This document shows positions 1-8,605 of a stretch of DNA of 64,000 nucleotides, piece by piece (positions within the stretch are counted from its first letter, which is position 1; each line of letters begins with the position of its first letter). Below the pieces are notes generated by a model. That model did not search any database and had not been told where the DNA came from. It saw nothing but the letters and a program-made list of their open reading frames with translations. The DNA is from Candidatus Fermentibacteraceae bacterium. Lineage in GTDB: Bacteria; Fermentibacterota; Fermentibacteria; Fermentibacterales; JCC-6. Location of the stretch: assembly GCA_016936235.1 (NCBI GenBank), contig JAFGPK010000054.1:7559-71558 (forward strand). The letters are read 5' to 3'. The position numbers were made by a program, and so were the translations under genes.

Positions 1-1327
1 CCAGTGACGCCCTCTCTATGAACCGCTCCAGCTTCGTGGCGGTGGAAACCGTCGACATCACCCTGCCGGAACCTCCGCAGCATGTGCAGGGCTCGGACAG
101 TGCCTGGAAGACGCTGGGCCTGACCCTCTTCCTGGTCATCTCCACCAGCCCCATGGCGCTGACCTGACAGGTCTTGGTGGGGGACCTGTCCCTGCCGAGT
201 TCGCTGCGCAGCGCGTTCAGCACCTTCTCCCTGTGTTCCGGGATATCCATGTCTATGAAATCGATGACGATGATCCCGCCCAGGTCTCGGAGCCGGAGCT
301 GCCGCGCCACCTCCTTGGCGGCCTCCATGTTGGTCTTGAAGATGGTGCTGTCCTGGCTCCTCCTGCCCACATACTTCTTGGTATTGACATCGATGGCCAC
401 CAGTGCCTCTGTGTGCTCTATCACCAGGGACCCCCCGCTTTTGAGGGGCACCTCCCGGGCCATTATGCCCGTTATCTCCTCCTCGATCCCGTAATGGTCG
501 AATATGGGAGTCCTGCCCCTGTAGAACTTCAGTTTACCCGTTATCCCGCTGTCGAAGGTCTTCAGATATCTTCTGGCGTTCCTGGCCACGATCTTGGAGT
601 CGGTCACTATGGAGTTGGTGTCCGGAGTGACGAGGTCGCGCATGGCGATGGTCACTATATCCTGCTCCTGATGGAGCAGCGCCGGGGCCTTCTTCTTCAG
701 AACCGACTGGCCTATCTCCTGCCACTTGCCTACTATCCGCTCCATGTCCGTCTTGAAGGCCTTCTCGTCCTGGGAGATACCGGCTGTCCTCGCGATTATC
801 CCGTATCCCTGGGTCTTGACGCTGGAGAGTATCTTGCGGAGACGGGACCTTTCCGTCCTGTCGCTTATCTTGCGTGATATTCCGGCGACGTTCTCGCCGG
901 GCATGCTTACGATGTACCTTCCGGCTATGGATACCCTGGTGGTCACCCTTGCCCCCTTGGTGCCTATGGGTTCCTTCGTGACCTGGACAAGAACGTCCTG
1001 GCCCTTCTTGAGGACCTTCTCTATGGACTCATGGGCTTCCCTCGTACTTGCCGGCGCACCGCTTGCCAGGGACCTGGCGAACTTCTCGGTGTCCACCGCT
1101 CCGGTACGGACATCGCTCACATGCAGGAACGCGCTCCTCTCGAGGCCTATGTCGACGAAGGCGGCCTGCATCCCCGGAAGGACCGCGTTCACCTTCGCCA
1201 GGTAGATGTTGCCCACCTGCCTCTTCTCGTTGGAATCCTCCACTATTATCTCCATCAGCCGGTTGTCCTCCAGAATACCGATCCTGGTGACCTCGGGATG
1301 GGAGTTTATTATAAAATCAACTTTCAA
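1..1327 (-). CDS. rng: Ribonuclease G/E family endoribonuclease (5' portion; C-terminus runs beyond window start)
   Basis: Minus-strand translation gives ...DFIINSHPEVTRIGILEDNRLMEIIVEDSNEKRQVGNIYLAKVNAVLPGMQAAFVDIGLERSAFLHVSD... and ...RQLRLRDLGGIIVIDFIDM.... This is collinear with the E. coli RNase G S1 domain and the LGGIIIIDFIDM region. No in-frame ATG precedes the S1 region. TTG at 1327-1325 (11-nt overlap with the upstream gene) is the best start; the first ATG at 1255 would truncate the S1 domain. Confidence 0.8.
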   Translation of the reverse strand, partial: MKVDFIINSHPEVTRIGILEDNRLMEIIVEDSNEKRQVGNIYLAKVNAVLPGMQAAFVDIGLERSAFLHVSDVRTGAVDTEKFARSLASGAPASTREAHESIEKVLKKGQDVLVQVTKEPIGTKGARVTTRVSIAGRYIVSMPGENVAGISRKISDRTERSRLRKILSSVKTQGYGIIARTAGISQDEKAFKTDMERIVGKWQEIGQSVLKKKAPALLHQEQDIVTIAMRDLVTPDTNSIVTDSKIVARNARRYLKTFDSGITGKLKFYRGRTPIFDHYGIEEEITGIMAREVPLKSGGSLVIEHTEALVAIDVNTKKYVGRRSQDSTIFKTNMEAAKEVARQLRLRDLGGIIVIDFIDMDIPEHREKVLNALRSELGRDRSPTKTCQVSAMGLVEMTRKRVRPSVFQALSEPCTCCGGSGRVMSTVSTATKLERFIERASL

Positions 1328-3743
1328 GGAACATCTTCTCCAAATCCTTGCTGTGAGACCTCATTGATCTCCAGCCTTTTCCGTTCAGCTTGAGAAATAT
1401 CTCATTCCTTCTTATCCTCGACGGCCCGTCCATCACCTCTGACAGTATGCGGTCCGGCCGGGATCCCTTATCATCAGCCGGGGCCATGAAATGAACACCG
1501 GCATTGTCATCCAACTCCGCCTCCAGCACCGAATCCAGCCCCCGCAACGTCTCCACGGTCCTGCCGGCTTCCCCGTCCGTCCACCCGCCTGCAGGCGACA
1601 CTGTGTAATCCGCGGCCAGGGGTGCCTGGTCCAGCGGGGCCGCACCGGGATCGAGGATCCAGGTCTCCTCCACCCTGAAACCTTCGGGCATGAAGCTGCT
1701 GAGCAGTTCCGCGGGATTGCCTCCGGGGAAAGCGTTCAATCTAATATCCACATATTCGGCAACACTTTCAATGCCCAGGGGCAGAGGTGGTCCGAAGTTT
1801 ACTCTTGGCCTGCTAACATAACCATCAGACCACACAACAGGCAAACCAGACCTTCTCAGCACCCTTCCCCACATTCTCACCGAATCCAGGTGAGAGGTGA
1901 AGGCAGATGCGCCGGTCTTTGAAAACCTTATCCTGAGCACTGCATCGTAACCGTCCCCTTCAAAGGGTCCCGGACCCTTGAGCTCTGCCGGGACCGGATC
2001 GGCGGTTGCTTCGCCTCCTTCGCAGGCACCGCAGCCGTTACAGCCTGCCGTCCTGCAGTCGGGCGTGGGCAGACCCTCCATGAACCTCTCGTACTCCCTC
2101 ACAAGGTATCCTTTTGATACACCGGTGGATACGAAATCCCATGGAAGCGCCTCCAGCGGGTCCAGACCATTCCTCAGTCTATTCGAAAGATGCGGATAGT
2201 CATCAATCACCGAACTCCAGATATCCCAGCGGAAATTGTCTGTCCAGGCGTCGAACCGTGCCCCCAGGACCGCGGCTTTCTCCAGCATATCCGATGTGTC
2301 ACCGTCGTCGCCGAGAGAGAGCAGGGCTTCCACGCGGGCTACCCTGGGGCTGTTCCACCCGAGATTCACCTTCCTGCCGCAGATCTTCCTCACCAGGTCG
2401 AGTCTGTGCCGGAGAATCTCCTCGTCAAGCTGCGGAGCCCACTGCAGAGGGGTCTGGGCCTTGGGCACGAAGGGAGAAAGAGCAATGGTAACGCTCTTCC
2501 TGGGATTGCGGCGGTGCTCCCTGCATATGGAGGCCACTTTCAGGGCCAGCCCGCCGATGCTCCTGACATCTTCCTCCGTCTCCATGGGGAGGCCTATCAT
2601 GAAGTAAAGCTTGATCCCCCTGGCCCCCATCCGGAATACGGTGCTGACCGCGTCCAGAATGGTACTGTCGGTCATGGGTTTGTTCATCCTGGCCCTGAGG
2701 GTTTCGCTGCCCGCCTCCGGCGCTATGGTCAGCCTGCCTGCGACGTCGCACCGTTCTTTCATCCTCAGGATGGTGTCAGGCCGCATGGAAGGCATGCTGA
2801 ATCCGACATGGTGCTTCGACGCGACCGCATCCATTCCAGCCAGGAGTTCGGGGAGGCATGAGTAGTCCGAAAACGAGAGTGTGAGAAGACCGGCCTTTTC
2901 CCAGCCTGTGGAGGCCAGGACCCTGTCCATGATCTCCACGACCTCACCGGCGGGTCTCTCCCTTACGGGCCGGTAGAGCTGTGAGGCCTGACAGAACCTG
3001 CAGCCTCTTGTGCAGCCCCTGGCTATCTCAACCACAGCCCTGTCCTGTGATATCCTGGAATTCGGCACGAGCTGGTCCACAGGGGCGGACTCCCTGCCGA
3101 GGGTTCCAATGCGCTGGAACTCCACACGATCCTGTCCGCTGCCGGGGAGGAAAACTCCCGGGATCTCGCCGGCCCTTCGGAGACGGCGGCTCTTCGGACC
3201 GTCGCCGGCCAGGATACCGAACAGCTCCTCCGCACTCTCCTCGATCTCACCGAGATAGCAAAGATCGGCGAAGGGTGAGAGGGGAAGGGGATTGGCGAGC
3301 CCCCCGCCGCCGAATATCACCACCGGGTCATCCTCATGCCTGTCCCGGTTCCTGAGGGGAAGGCCCATCAGTCCAAGGAGATGCAGTACATTCGTGTAGA
3401 GGGCTTCCGAGGGAATGGTGAAACCCACCACCCTGCTGTCACGCACCGGTTCCCATCCTTCCAGGTCAACCCAGGGGAGGGATTCCTTCCGGATGATGGC
3501 GTCCATGTCGGGAGCGGGACTGAAGGCCCTCCTTACATCGAAGGCGCCTGTCCGGACAAGAACGTGCCTTAGTACCGCAAGTCCGAAATTGGACATGCCC
3601 AGTTCGTAGATGTCGGGGTAGACCAGAGTGATCCTCGGTCCATTGCCCTCCGGGCGGGCGAGGTTCCATTCTCCGCCCGTGTATTGCTGCGGCCTGCTGA
3701 CATCCAGAAGGTGTCCGCCGTAGGGATGATGCGTCAATATCAA
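1317..3743 (-). CDS. Fused radical SAM protein (B12-binding/radical-SAM N-module with CxxxCxxC, plus C-terminal DUF2344/'radical SAM-linked'-like module)
   Basis: 808-aa ORF with the motif CTRGCRFCQ (CxxxCxxC). The N-terminal ~600 aa resemble the TIGR03960-type radical SAM family. The C-terminal ~200 aa (…VLRIRFSKTGASAFTSHLDSVRMWGRVLRRSGLPVVWSDGYVSRPRVNF…) resemble the TIGR03936/DUF2344 family, which is usually a separate adjacent gene. The start codon overlaps the purS-like stop in an ATGA arrangement. Confidence 0.75.
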   Translation of the reverse strand: MILTHHPYGGHLLDVSRPQQYTGGEWNLARPEGNGPRITLVYPDIYELGMSNFGLAVLRHVLVRTGAFDVRRAFSPAPDMDAIIRKESLPWVDLEGWEPVRDSRVVGFTIPSEALYTNVLHLLGLMGLPLRNRDRHEDDPVVIFGGGGLANPLPLSPFADLCYLGEIEESAEELFGILAGDGPKSRRLRRAGEIPGVFLPGSGQDRVEFQRIGTLGRESAPVDQLVPNSRISQDRAVVEIARGCTRGCRFCQASQLYRPVRERPAGEVVEIMDRVLASTGWEKAGLLTLSFSDYSCLPELLAGMDAVASKHHVGFSMPSMRPDTILRMKERCDVAGRLTIAPEAGSETLRARMNKPMTDSTILDAVSTVFRMGARGIKLYFMIGLPMETEEDVRSIGGLALKVASICREHRRNPRKSVTIALSPFVPKAQTPLQWAPQLDEEILRHRLDLVRKICGRKVNLGWNSPRVARVEALLSLGDDGDTSDMLEKAAVLGARFDAWTDNFRWDIWSSVIDDYPHLSNRLRNGLDPLEALPWDFVSTGVSKGYLVREYERFMEGLPTPDCRTAGCNGCGACEGGEATADPVPAELKGPGPFEGDGYDAVLRIRFSKTGASAFTSHLDSVRMWGRVLRRSGLPVVWSDGYVSRPRVNFGPPLPLGIESVAEYVDIRLNAFPGGNPAELLSSFMPEGFRVEETWILDPGAAPLDQAPLAADYTVSPAGGWTDGEAGRTVETLRGLDSVLEAELDDNAGVHFMAPADDKGSRPDRILSEVMDGPSRIRRNEIFLKLNGKGWRSMRSHSKDLEKMFLES

Positions 3744-4261
3744 GTCTTGCTGGTTCCGAGGAGTTCGATGAGCTGCGATACGGGATTTGCCAGCAGACCC
3801 CTGTCACGGTGCGTGGTCACCGCCATGGTCATGGTCCTGTCCCGGGCATCCTCCAGGGAAACGCTTCGACTAAAACCGAGGCGCCACAGGACGGAATAGC
3901 CCACGGACTCCACTCCCCGGTGCCTTCTCCCCAGGATTCCGGTCCAGTTCTCCGAGATGCTGTCGACCCTGTCCGTGACCAGGACCGCCGCCCAGGTCAT
4001 TCCCGGGTCCGTAAGAATGGGGTCGGTCTCACCTTCGAAGAAGGACCAGGTCTGTTTGTTCGGGTTGACGATATCCGTGTAGTGTGAGACGAGCTCACTC
4101 ACGAACTCCCTGACGGCGCCCGGACCCGTGAATCGCCAGTGGTCGTATCTGGAAAGATGCAGGGGAGCGGTTTCAGGGCTTATCCGCATCAGCGTGGAGA
4201 GCGCCGTCATGGCAGCGGGGTCGGGGGCTTTCAGACCGACCAGTATGGACGTCTCACTCAT
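3740..4261 (-). CDS. purS: PurS-like FGAM synthase subunit, apparently tandem-duplicated (two PurS-like halves in 173 aa)
   Basis: Position is immediately downstream of purQ with an 8-nt overlap. Both halves show a PurS-like pattern: first half ILVGLKAPDPAAMTAL…VSHYTDIVNPNKQTWSF; second half AAVLVTDRV…LLANPVSQLIEL, where LLANPV matches the PurS C-terminal signature. At 173 aa it is about twice a normal PurS. Confidence 0.5.
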   Translation of the reverse strand: MSETSILVGLKAPDPAAMTALSTLMRISPETAPLHLSRYDHWRFTGPGAVREFVSELVSHYTDIVNPNKQTWSFFEGETDPILTDPGMTWAAVLVTDRVDSISENWTGILGRRHRGVESVGYSVLWRLGFSRSVSLEDARDRTMTMAVTTHRDRGLLANPVSQLIELLGTSKT

Positions 4262-5087
4262 GGCGGCCTCCCCCGAAATGATCGGCCAGGCCCTGGAAGA
4301 AGAGGGCTCCCGGACCGGGGGCGTCAGCCAGGGTCCCGGCGCTGATGGACATGCGAATGCGGTCTCCCCATTCGCCGGGTATCCATGGAGGGAGCTGCCA
4401 GAGGCGGAATGCCCTTTCCGGATGGGGCATCATGGCCATCACGTTCCCATCCGTATTCATGACGGCGGCCAGATTGTGAACGGAGCCGTTGGGATTCGTA
4501 GGATACTCCGGACGCTCGACGCCGTTCTCGTCGCAGTAGACCAGAGCCTCCACGGGAAGTGTCCGGCTGAGATCCTCCTCCCAGAACACGAAGCGTCCCT
4601 CTGCATGAGCTATGGGAACAGGGATCGGCGAAGTTCCCAGCTTCCCCAGCCAGGGACTCTTCAAAACCGCTGTCTCCCTGGCGTGAAGGAATACCCATCT
4701 GCTCAGGTAGCCGCTTCTGCCGGCGATGTGGTTGGCGGCCAGCGCCGCTTCGACCCGTCCCGCCTCCCACCCGGGCACGAGTCCGCTCTCGACCAGGACC
4801 TGGGCGCCGTTGCATATGCCCAGTACCGGCCTTTTCCCTGCTGCGGCGCTGAAGACGATGTCCATCATCATCTCCTTTGCGGCCACGGCTCCTGCTCTGA
4901 CCCTGTCCTGGAAGGAAAAACCACCCGGAAGAACGAAGGCATCGGGGTCGGCATCCCTCAGCTCCGAAAGCTGGTTCCACCTGAAGACCAGGCCGTTCAT
5001 GCCGGCTTCCCGGACGACCCTGGCCGTCTCGTACTCGCAGTTGGAACCGGGGAACTGGATGACGGCCACCAGCGGAAGGGTACTCAT
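4254..5087 (-). CDS. purQ: Phosphoribosylformylglycinamidine synthase I, glutaminase subunit (PurQ)
   Basis: MSTLPLVAVIQFPGSNCEYE…GICNGAQVL…MMPHPER is a class I glutamine amidotransferase of the PurQ type. The internal ATG at 5087 was chosen because the upstream extension overlaps the purL coding region. Confidence 0.85.
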   Translation of the reverse strand: MSTLPLVAVIQFPGSNCEYETARVVREAGMNGLVFRWNQLSELRDADPDAFVLPGGFSFQDRVRAGAVAAKEMMMDIVFSAAAGKRPVLGICNGAQVLVESGLVPGWEAGRVEAALAANHIAGRSGYLSRWVFLHARETAVLKSPWLGKLGTSPIPVPIAHAEGRFVFWEEDLSRTLPVEALVYCDENGVERPEYPTNPNGSVHNLAAVMNTDGNVMAMMPHPERAFRLWQLPPWIPGEWGDRIRMSISAGTLADAPGPGALFFQGLADHFGGGRHE

Positions 5088-7372
5088 TCCTCCCCCTCCT
5101 CTCTCCAGATGAGCCTGTCCAGAAGACCGGTGTGTCTTTCGACCAGCGGCTGCAGATCGATCCTCCAACCGCCGCAGGAAACGGCGAACTCGTCCGTTAC
5201 CCTGCCTGCGACGGAAACGAAATCCGGCACCTGATCCATGGACTCCCAGTCCTCCGGCGTGACCTCCAGAAGATAACCCGGTGTCTCTGAGTACAGGTAA
5301 ACGGGATCATCCGCCGGCCCGTAGAGCACCATACCCCGTCTGGCATCCCGTCTGGAGGCAAGCGACATCTCCGCTGCGGCCATCAGAAGTCCTCCCTCGG
5401 AGATGTCGTGCACCGATCTGGATATACCGCTCCGGGTGCAGGTCAGTACAAACTTCGCCATAGCCCGTTCCAGGTCACCCCTGAAATCGGGCACCCTGCC
5501 GCCCTTGTGGTCCAGGCACTGACGGTAGTAGAGGCTTCCTCCCAGTTCATCCTCTCTGATCCCCGCCAGGAGCACGAGGTTCCCCGGCTCCTTGAAGGAG
5601 ATGTCCATGGCGCGCGTGAAATCGTCCACTCTCCCGAACACGGCCACGATGGGAGAGGGCGGGATGGCCCCCCCGGAGGACGACTGGTTGTAGAAGCTCA
5701 CGTTTCCAGAGACCACCGGAAGAGGCTGCCCCTCCACCTGGATCCCCAGTTTCCCGCATGCCAGGGCGATACCCTCCACTCCCTGCCGGAACTGCCAGAA
5801 GACCTCCGGGTCTTCCGGGTTCCCGTAATTGAGGCAGTCGGTGATCGCGATGGGCACTCCCCCTGCGGCGACCACGTTCCTGTACGCTTCCCCTACGGCG
5901 TGGGCGCCCGCAAGGAAGGGATCCAGTTCTCCGTACCATGGATTGCCGTCGCCCGATACCGCCAGTCCGGTACTGCATCCGGGTATCGGAACAGTAACGC
6001 AGGCATCGGCCTCACCCGGGCGGAACCTGGTGTTGCCCTGCACTTCACTGTCGTAATAGCTCCAGATCGGCGATCGGCTGGCTCCATCAAGGGAATGGAG
6101 CATCCGCAGAAGATCTCCGGGCGGATCGCAGGGCCGTCTCCCGGGTTCGACGGGAATCACGGGAGCCGGTCTTGACTCCCGGCTGTATACGATGCCTTCG
6201 GTTATGCAGGCTACCGGAGCGTTGGCGACTTCCTCCCCGCGATGCATCACCCTGTAGGACGGGTCACTGGAGAAGTTTCCTATGAGGGTGGCGCCCGCTC
6301 CGGGAAAGAGCCTGGGAAGCTCGTACATTTCGTTGTAGATATCCATCACATCCTCGGCCACCCTGAGAGGTACCGCAAGCCCGTAACGCTCCTGGGTCTC
6401 CGCGCAGGCAATGACTTCCGATGGAAGGCCGTCGACGGACACCGGCACACTGTCAAGGTCCACCAGGATACCGAGTCCACCGTGGGCGGCCATCTCGCTG
6501 GTGACGCAGGCAATCCCTCCCGCCCCCAGGTCCTTGAACCCGAAACTCACACCGGTCTCGAAGAGGTATTTCAGCACGGCGGCGTTGGCCTCGGAGAGCA
6601 CCCTTTTCAGGAAAGGATCGGCAACCTGAACGGCACCCTTTTCCGATTCGTCCTCCAGGTCCGAAGATGCAAAGGTGGCTCCACCGAAACCCGTGTCGTC
6701 GGTGGGCTTGCCCGCCAGTATCAGCACGTACTGCTCTTCGTGGGCCTCGCGGGGTGCGAAGCTGTGGACTATCCTGTCCCTTCTTACGAGTCCAAGGGCC
6801 ACTACGTTGACCAGGCAGTTGTCATCGTAACCCGGGTGGAACCTGGTATCGCCGCCCAGATTAGGAACACCGAGGGCGTTCCCGTACTTCCAGATGCCTT
6901 CCACCACGCCGCGGCAGATGGCCCTGCATCTCTCGCCGGAGGGGCCGGAGGGGTTTCCGAAACGGAGCAGGTCCAGAGAGCCGATCACCTGTGCCCCCAT
7001 GCAGTATACGTCCCTGACTATACCGCCGATCCCGGTGGCCGCACCCTCCACGGGCAGGACCTGGGAGGGGTGGTTATGGCTCTCGTGGGCTACTACGAGG
7101 TCCCATTCCTGACCCCGGTGTTCCGTAAAGGTCACTATCCCCGCGTCCTCACCCGGTCCCAGCACCACCAGAGGTCCGGCAACGGGCAGTCGCTTCAGGA
7201 AGGTCCTGGAACTCTTGTACGAACAGTGCTCGCTCCACATGGTGTCGAATAGATGGAACTCCAGAGGTGTGGGCATCCTTCCCACGTAACCCGCGAGTTT
7301 CTCCGCCTCTTCGGGCTTCATGGACAGTTTCCTGCTTCTAATGACCTCCAGAAGCTCATTCCTCAGATCCAT
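5084..7372 (-). CDS. purL: Phosphoribosylformylglycinamidine synthase II (PurL)
   Basis: 762-aa ORF beginning MDLRNELLEVIRSRKLSMKPEEAEKL…FDTMWSEHCSYKSS, with the AIR-synthase-related fold duplicated (…VAHESHNHPSQV…). This is the typical small PurL. Confidence 0.9.
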   Translation of the reverse strand: MDLRNELLEVIRSRKLSMKPEEAEKLAGYVGRMPTPLEFHLFDTMWSEHCSYKSSRTFLKRLPVAGPLVVLGPGEDAGIVTFTEHRGQEWDLVVAHESHNHPSQVLPVEGAATGIGGIVRDVYCMGAQVIGSLDLLRFGNPSGPSGERCRAICRGVVEGIWKYGNALGVPNLGGDTRFHPGYDDNCLVNVVALGLVRRDRIVHSFAPREAHEEQYVLILAGKPTDDTGFGGATFASSDLEDESEKGAVQVADPFLKRVLSEANAAVLKYLFETGVSFGFKDLGAGGIACVTSEMAAHGGLGILVDLDSVPVSVDGLPSEVIACAETQERYGLAVPLRVAEDVMDIYNEMYELPRLFPGAGATLIGNFSSDPSYRVMHRGEEVANAPVACITEGIVYSRESRPAPVIPVEPGRRPCDPPGDLLRMLHSLDGASRSPIWSYYDSEVQGNTRFRPGEADACVTVPIPGCSTGLAVSGDGNPWYGELDPFLAGAHAVGEAYRNVVAAGGVPIAITDCLNYGNPEDPEVFWQFRQGVEGIALACGKLGIQVEGQPLPVVSGNVSFYNQSSSGGAIPPSPIVAVFGRVDDFTRAMDISFKEPGNLVLLAGIREDELGGSLYYRQCLDHKGGRVPDFRGDLERAMAKFVLTCTRSGISRSVHDISEGGLLMAAAEMSLASRRDARRGMVLYGPADDPVYLYSETPGYLLEVTPEDWESMDQVPDFVSVAGRVTDEFAVSCGGWRIDLQPLVERHTGLLDRLIWREEGEE

Positions 7373-7430
7373 CGATACCTCTCCAGATAGAACGGTGTCG
7401 GCCCGGGCAGATCGAATGCCGGAGTCCCGC

Positions 7431-8585
7431 CTAAGAGCCTATGGATGATATGAAAGCCTTGGACTCCAGATCATGAAGGACCTTTTCAGCTTCCTCGTGT
7501 CTGCCTGCCTCGATCACGGTGTATCGGAGCCTCACCGATCCGAGGTTCTCTTTCACGTCGTTCTTAAGCGCGGGAAGTCCATCGAGGAGTTTGTGCATGA
7601 CGCTTTCCATACCGTCCTGATCGGTTCCCGGCAGAAGCAGGGTTATCTTGTCGGTACCGGTCCGGAGACCGATGTCAATGTTCCGCATCTTCGCCTTGAG
7701 ATGGTTCGCCGCGATGGACATGAATTCCCTGGCCCTGAATCGATCCTCCATGGAACCTCTCTCAACAACCAGCTCCATGACCGCGAGGGGACTCTCGAAC
7801 CTCCTGACCCTCTCCAGCTCCTGGGTGAGGACAGGAACAAGCCTTCCCCTGCCCGGCAGACCGGTATCGGGATCCAGGTCGGCGGCTGATTCGAACCTTC
7901 CCAGAAGCCTGATGCCCTCCAGGGCCGCAGCACCGATGGCGGCGATGGAAACCGTCCTCTCCCTGGGAAGTGTGGAGGTGATGGGGATATCGATCAGGCA
8001 TATCACTCCGTAAAGCACTCCCTGAGACATCATGGGAGCGGCGATATCGGGAATGAATCCCGGGATCTCGGTCTTCTCCAGCCTGTTCCTCGTAAGCTCG
8101 CTTACCTTCTCCAGGTTCTTCCTTTCGAAGACCATTCCGGTCTCTGCGACAAAACCGACATGCCCGTCACCGACGTTCACGACCAGGGGCTGCTTGAGGA
8201 TGTCACCAAGCCCTTCGGAGTGGACAAGTCCCAGTTTGCCGCCCCTTACGTCAGAAAGGAAAATGGCTATCTTCTCGCAATCGGTAAGCTTCTTCATCGA
8301 CCTGGCCACGAGGTTCGCCAGCTCATCCGGAGTCCTGGCGGCGAAGATCTGCTTAACGAACTCCGGAAAGAGAACTGCAAGGTCCCTGTGCTTCTTAATC
8401 TCCAGGTCGAACCTTGTGTGCCTTGCGTCGGATTCCTGCTGCTGGAGACGAAGCGAGGTCACGCTGTTCTTCAGCTCGTTGATCCGCTCATCGTACTCGG
8501 CTGCCTTCTTCCTGCCGATCCCTATCTGGATCAGCCACATTATGAGCAGGCCTCCGGCCAGCCCTGCGATCAATCCCTCAATCAT
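7431..8585 (-). CDS. Membrane-anchored sensor protein with GAF domain and degenerate GGDEF-like domain
   Basis: N-terminal TM helix (MIEGLIAGLAGGLLIMWLIQIGI), a central GAF-like region, then DPDTGLPGRGRL… resembling the start of a GGDEF domain. The GG(D/E)EF position reads GTDKI, so the protein is probably not an active diguanylate cyclase. Confidence 0.55.
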   Translation of the reverse strand: MIEGLIAGLAGGLLIMWLIQIGIGRKKAAEYDERINELKNSVTSLRLQQQESDARHTRFDLEIKKHRDLAVLFPEFVKQIFAARTPDELANLVARSMKKLTDCEKIAIFLSDVRGGKLGLVHSEGLGDILKQPLVVNVGDGHVGFVAETGMVFERKNLEKVSELTRNRLEKTEIPGFIPDIAAPMMSQGVLYGVICLIDIPITSTLPRERTVSIAAIGAAALEGIRLLGRFESAADLDPDTGLPGRGRLVPVLTQELERVRRFESPLAVMELVVERGSMEDRFRAREFMSIAANHLKAKMRNIDIGLRTGTDKITLLLPGTDQDGMESVMHKLLDGLPALKNDVKENLGSVRLRYTVIEAGRHEEAEKVLHDLESKAFISSIGS

Positions 8586-8605
8586 CTATTTCACCCTCCG
8601 AAAAG

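Noticed and set aside
233-1393. Plus-strand ORFs 233-877, 726-1205 and 1031-1393.
   Set aside because: They are antisense to the clear RNase G reading frame. They have no motifs and their composition is that of the GC-rich reverse frame.
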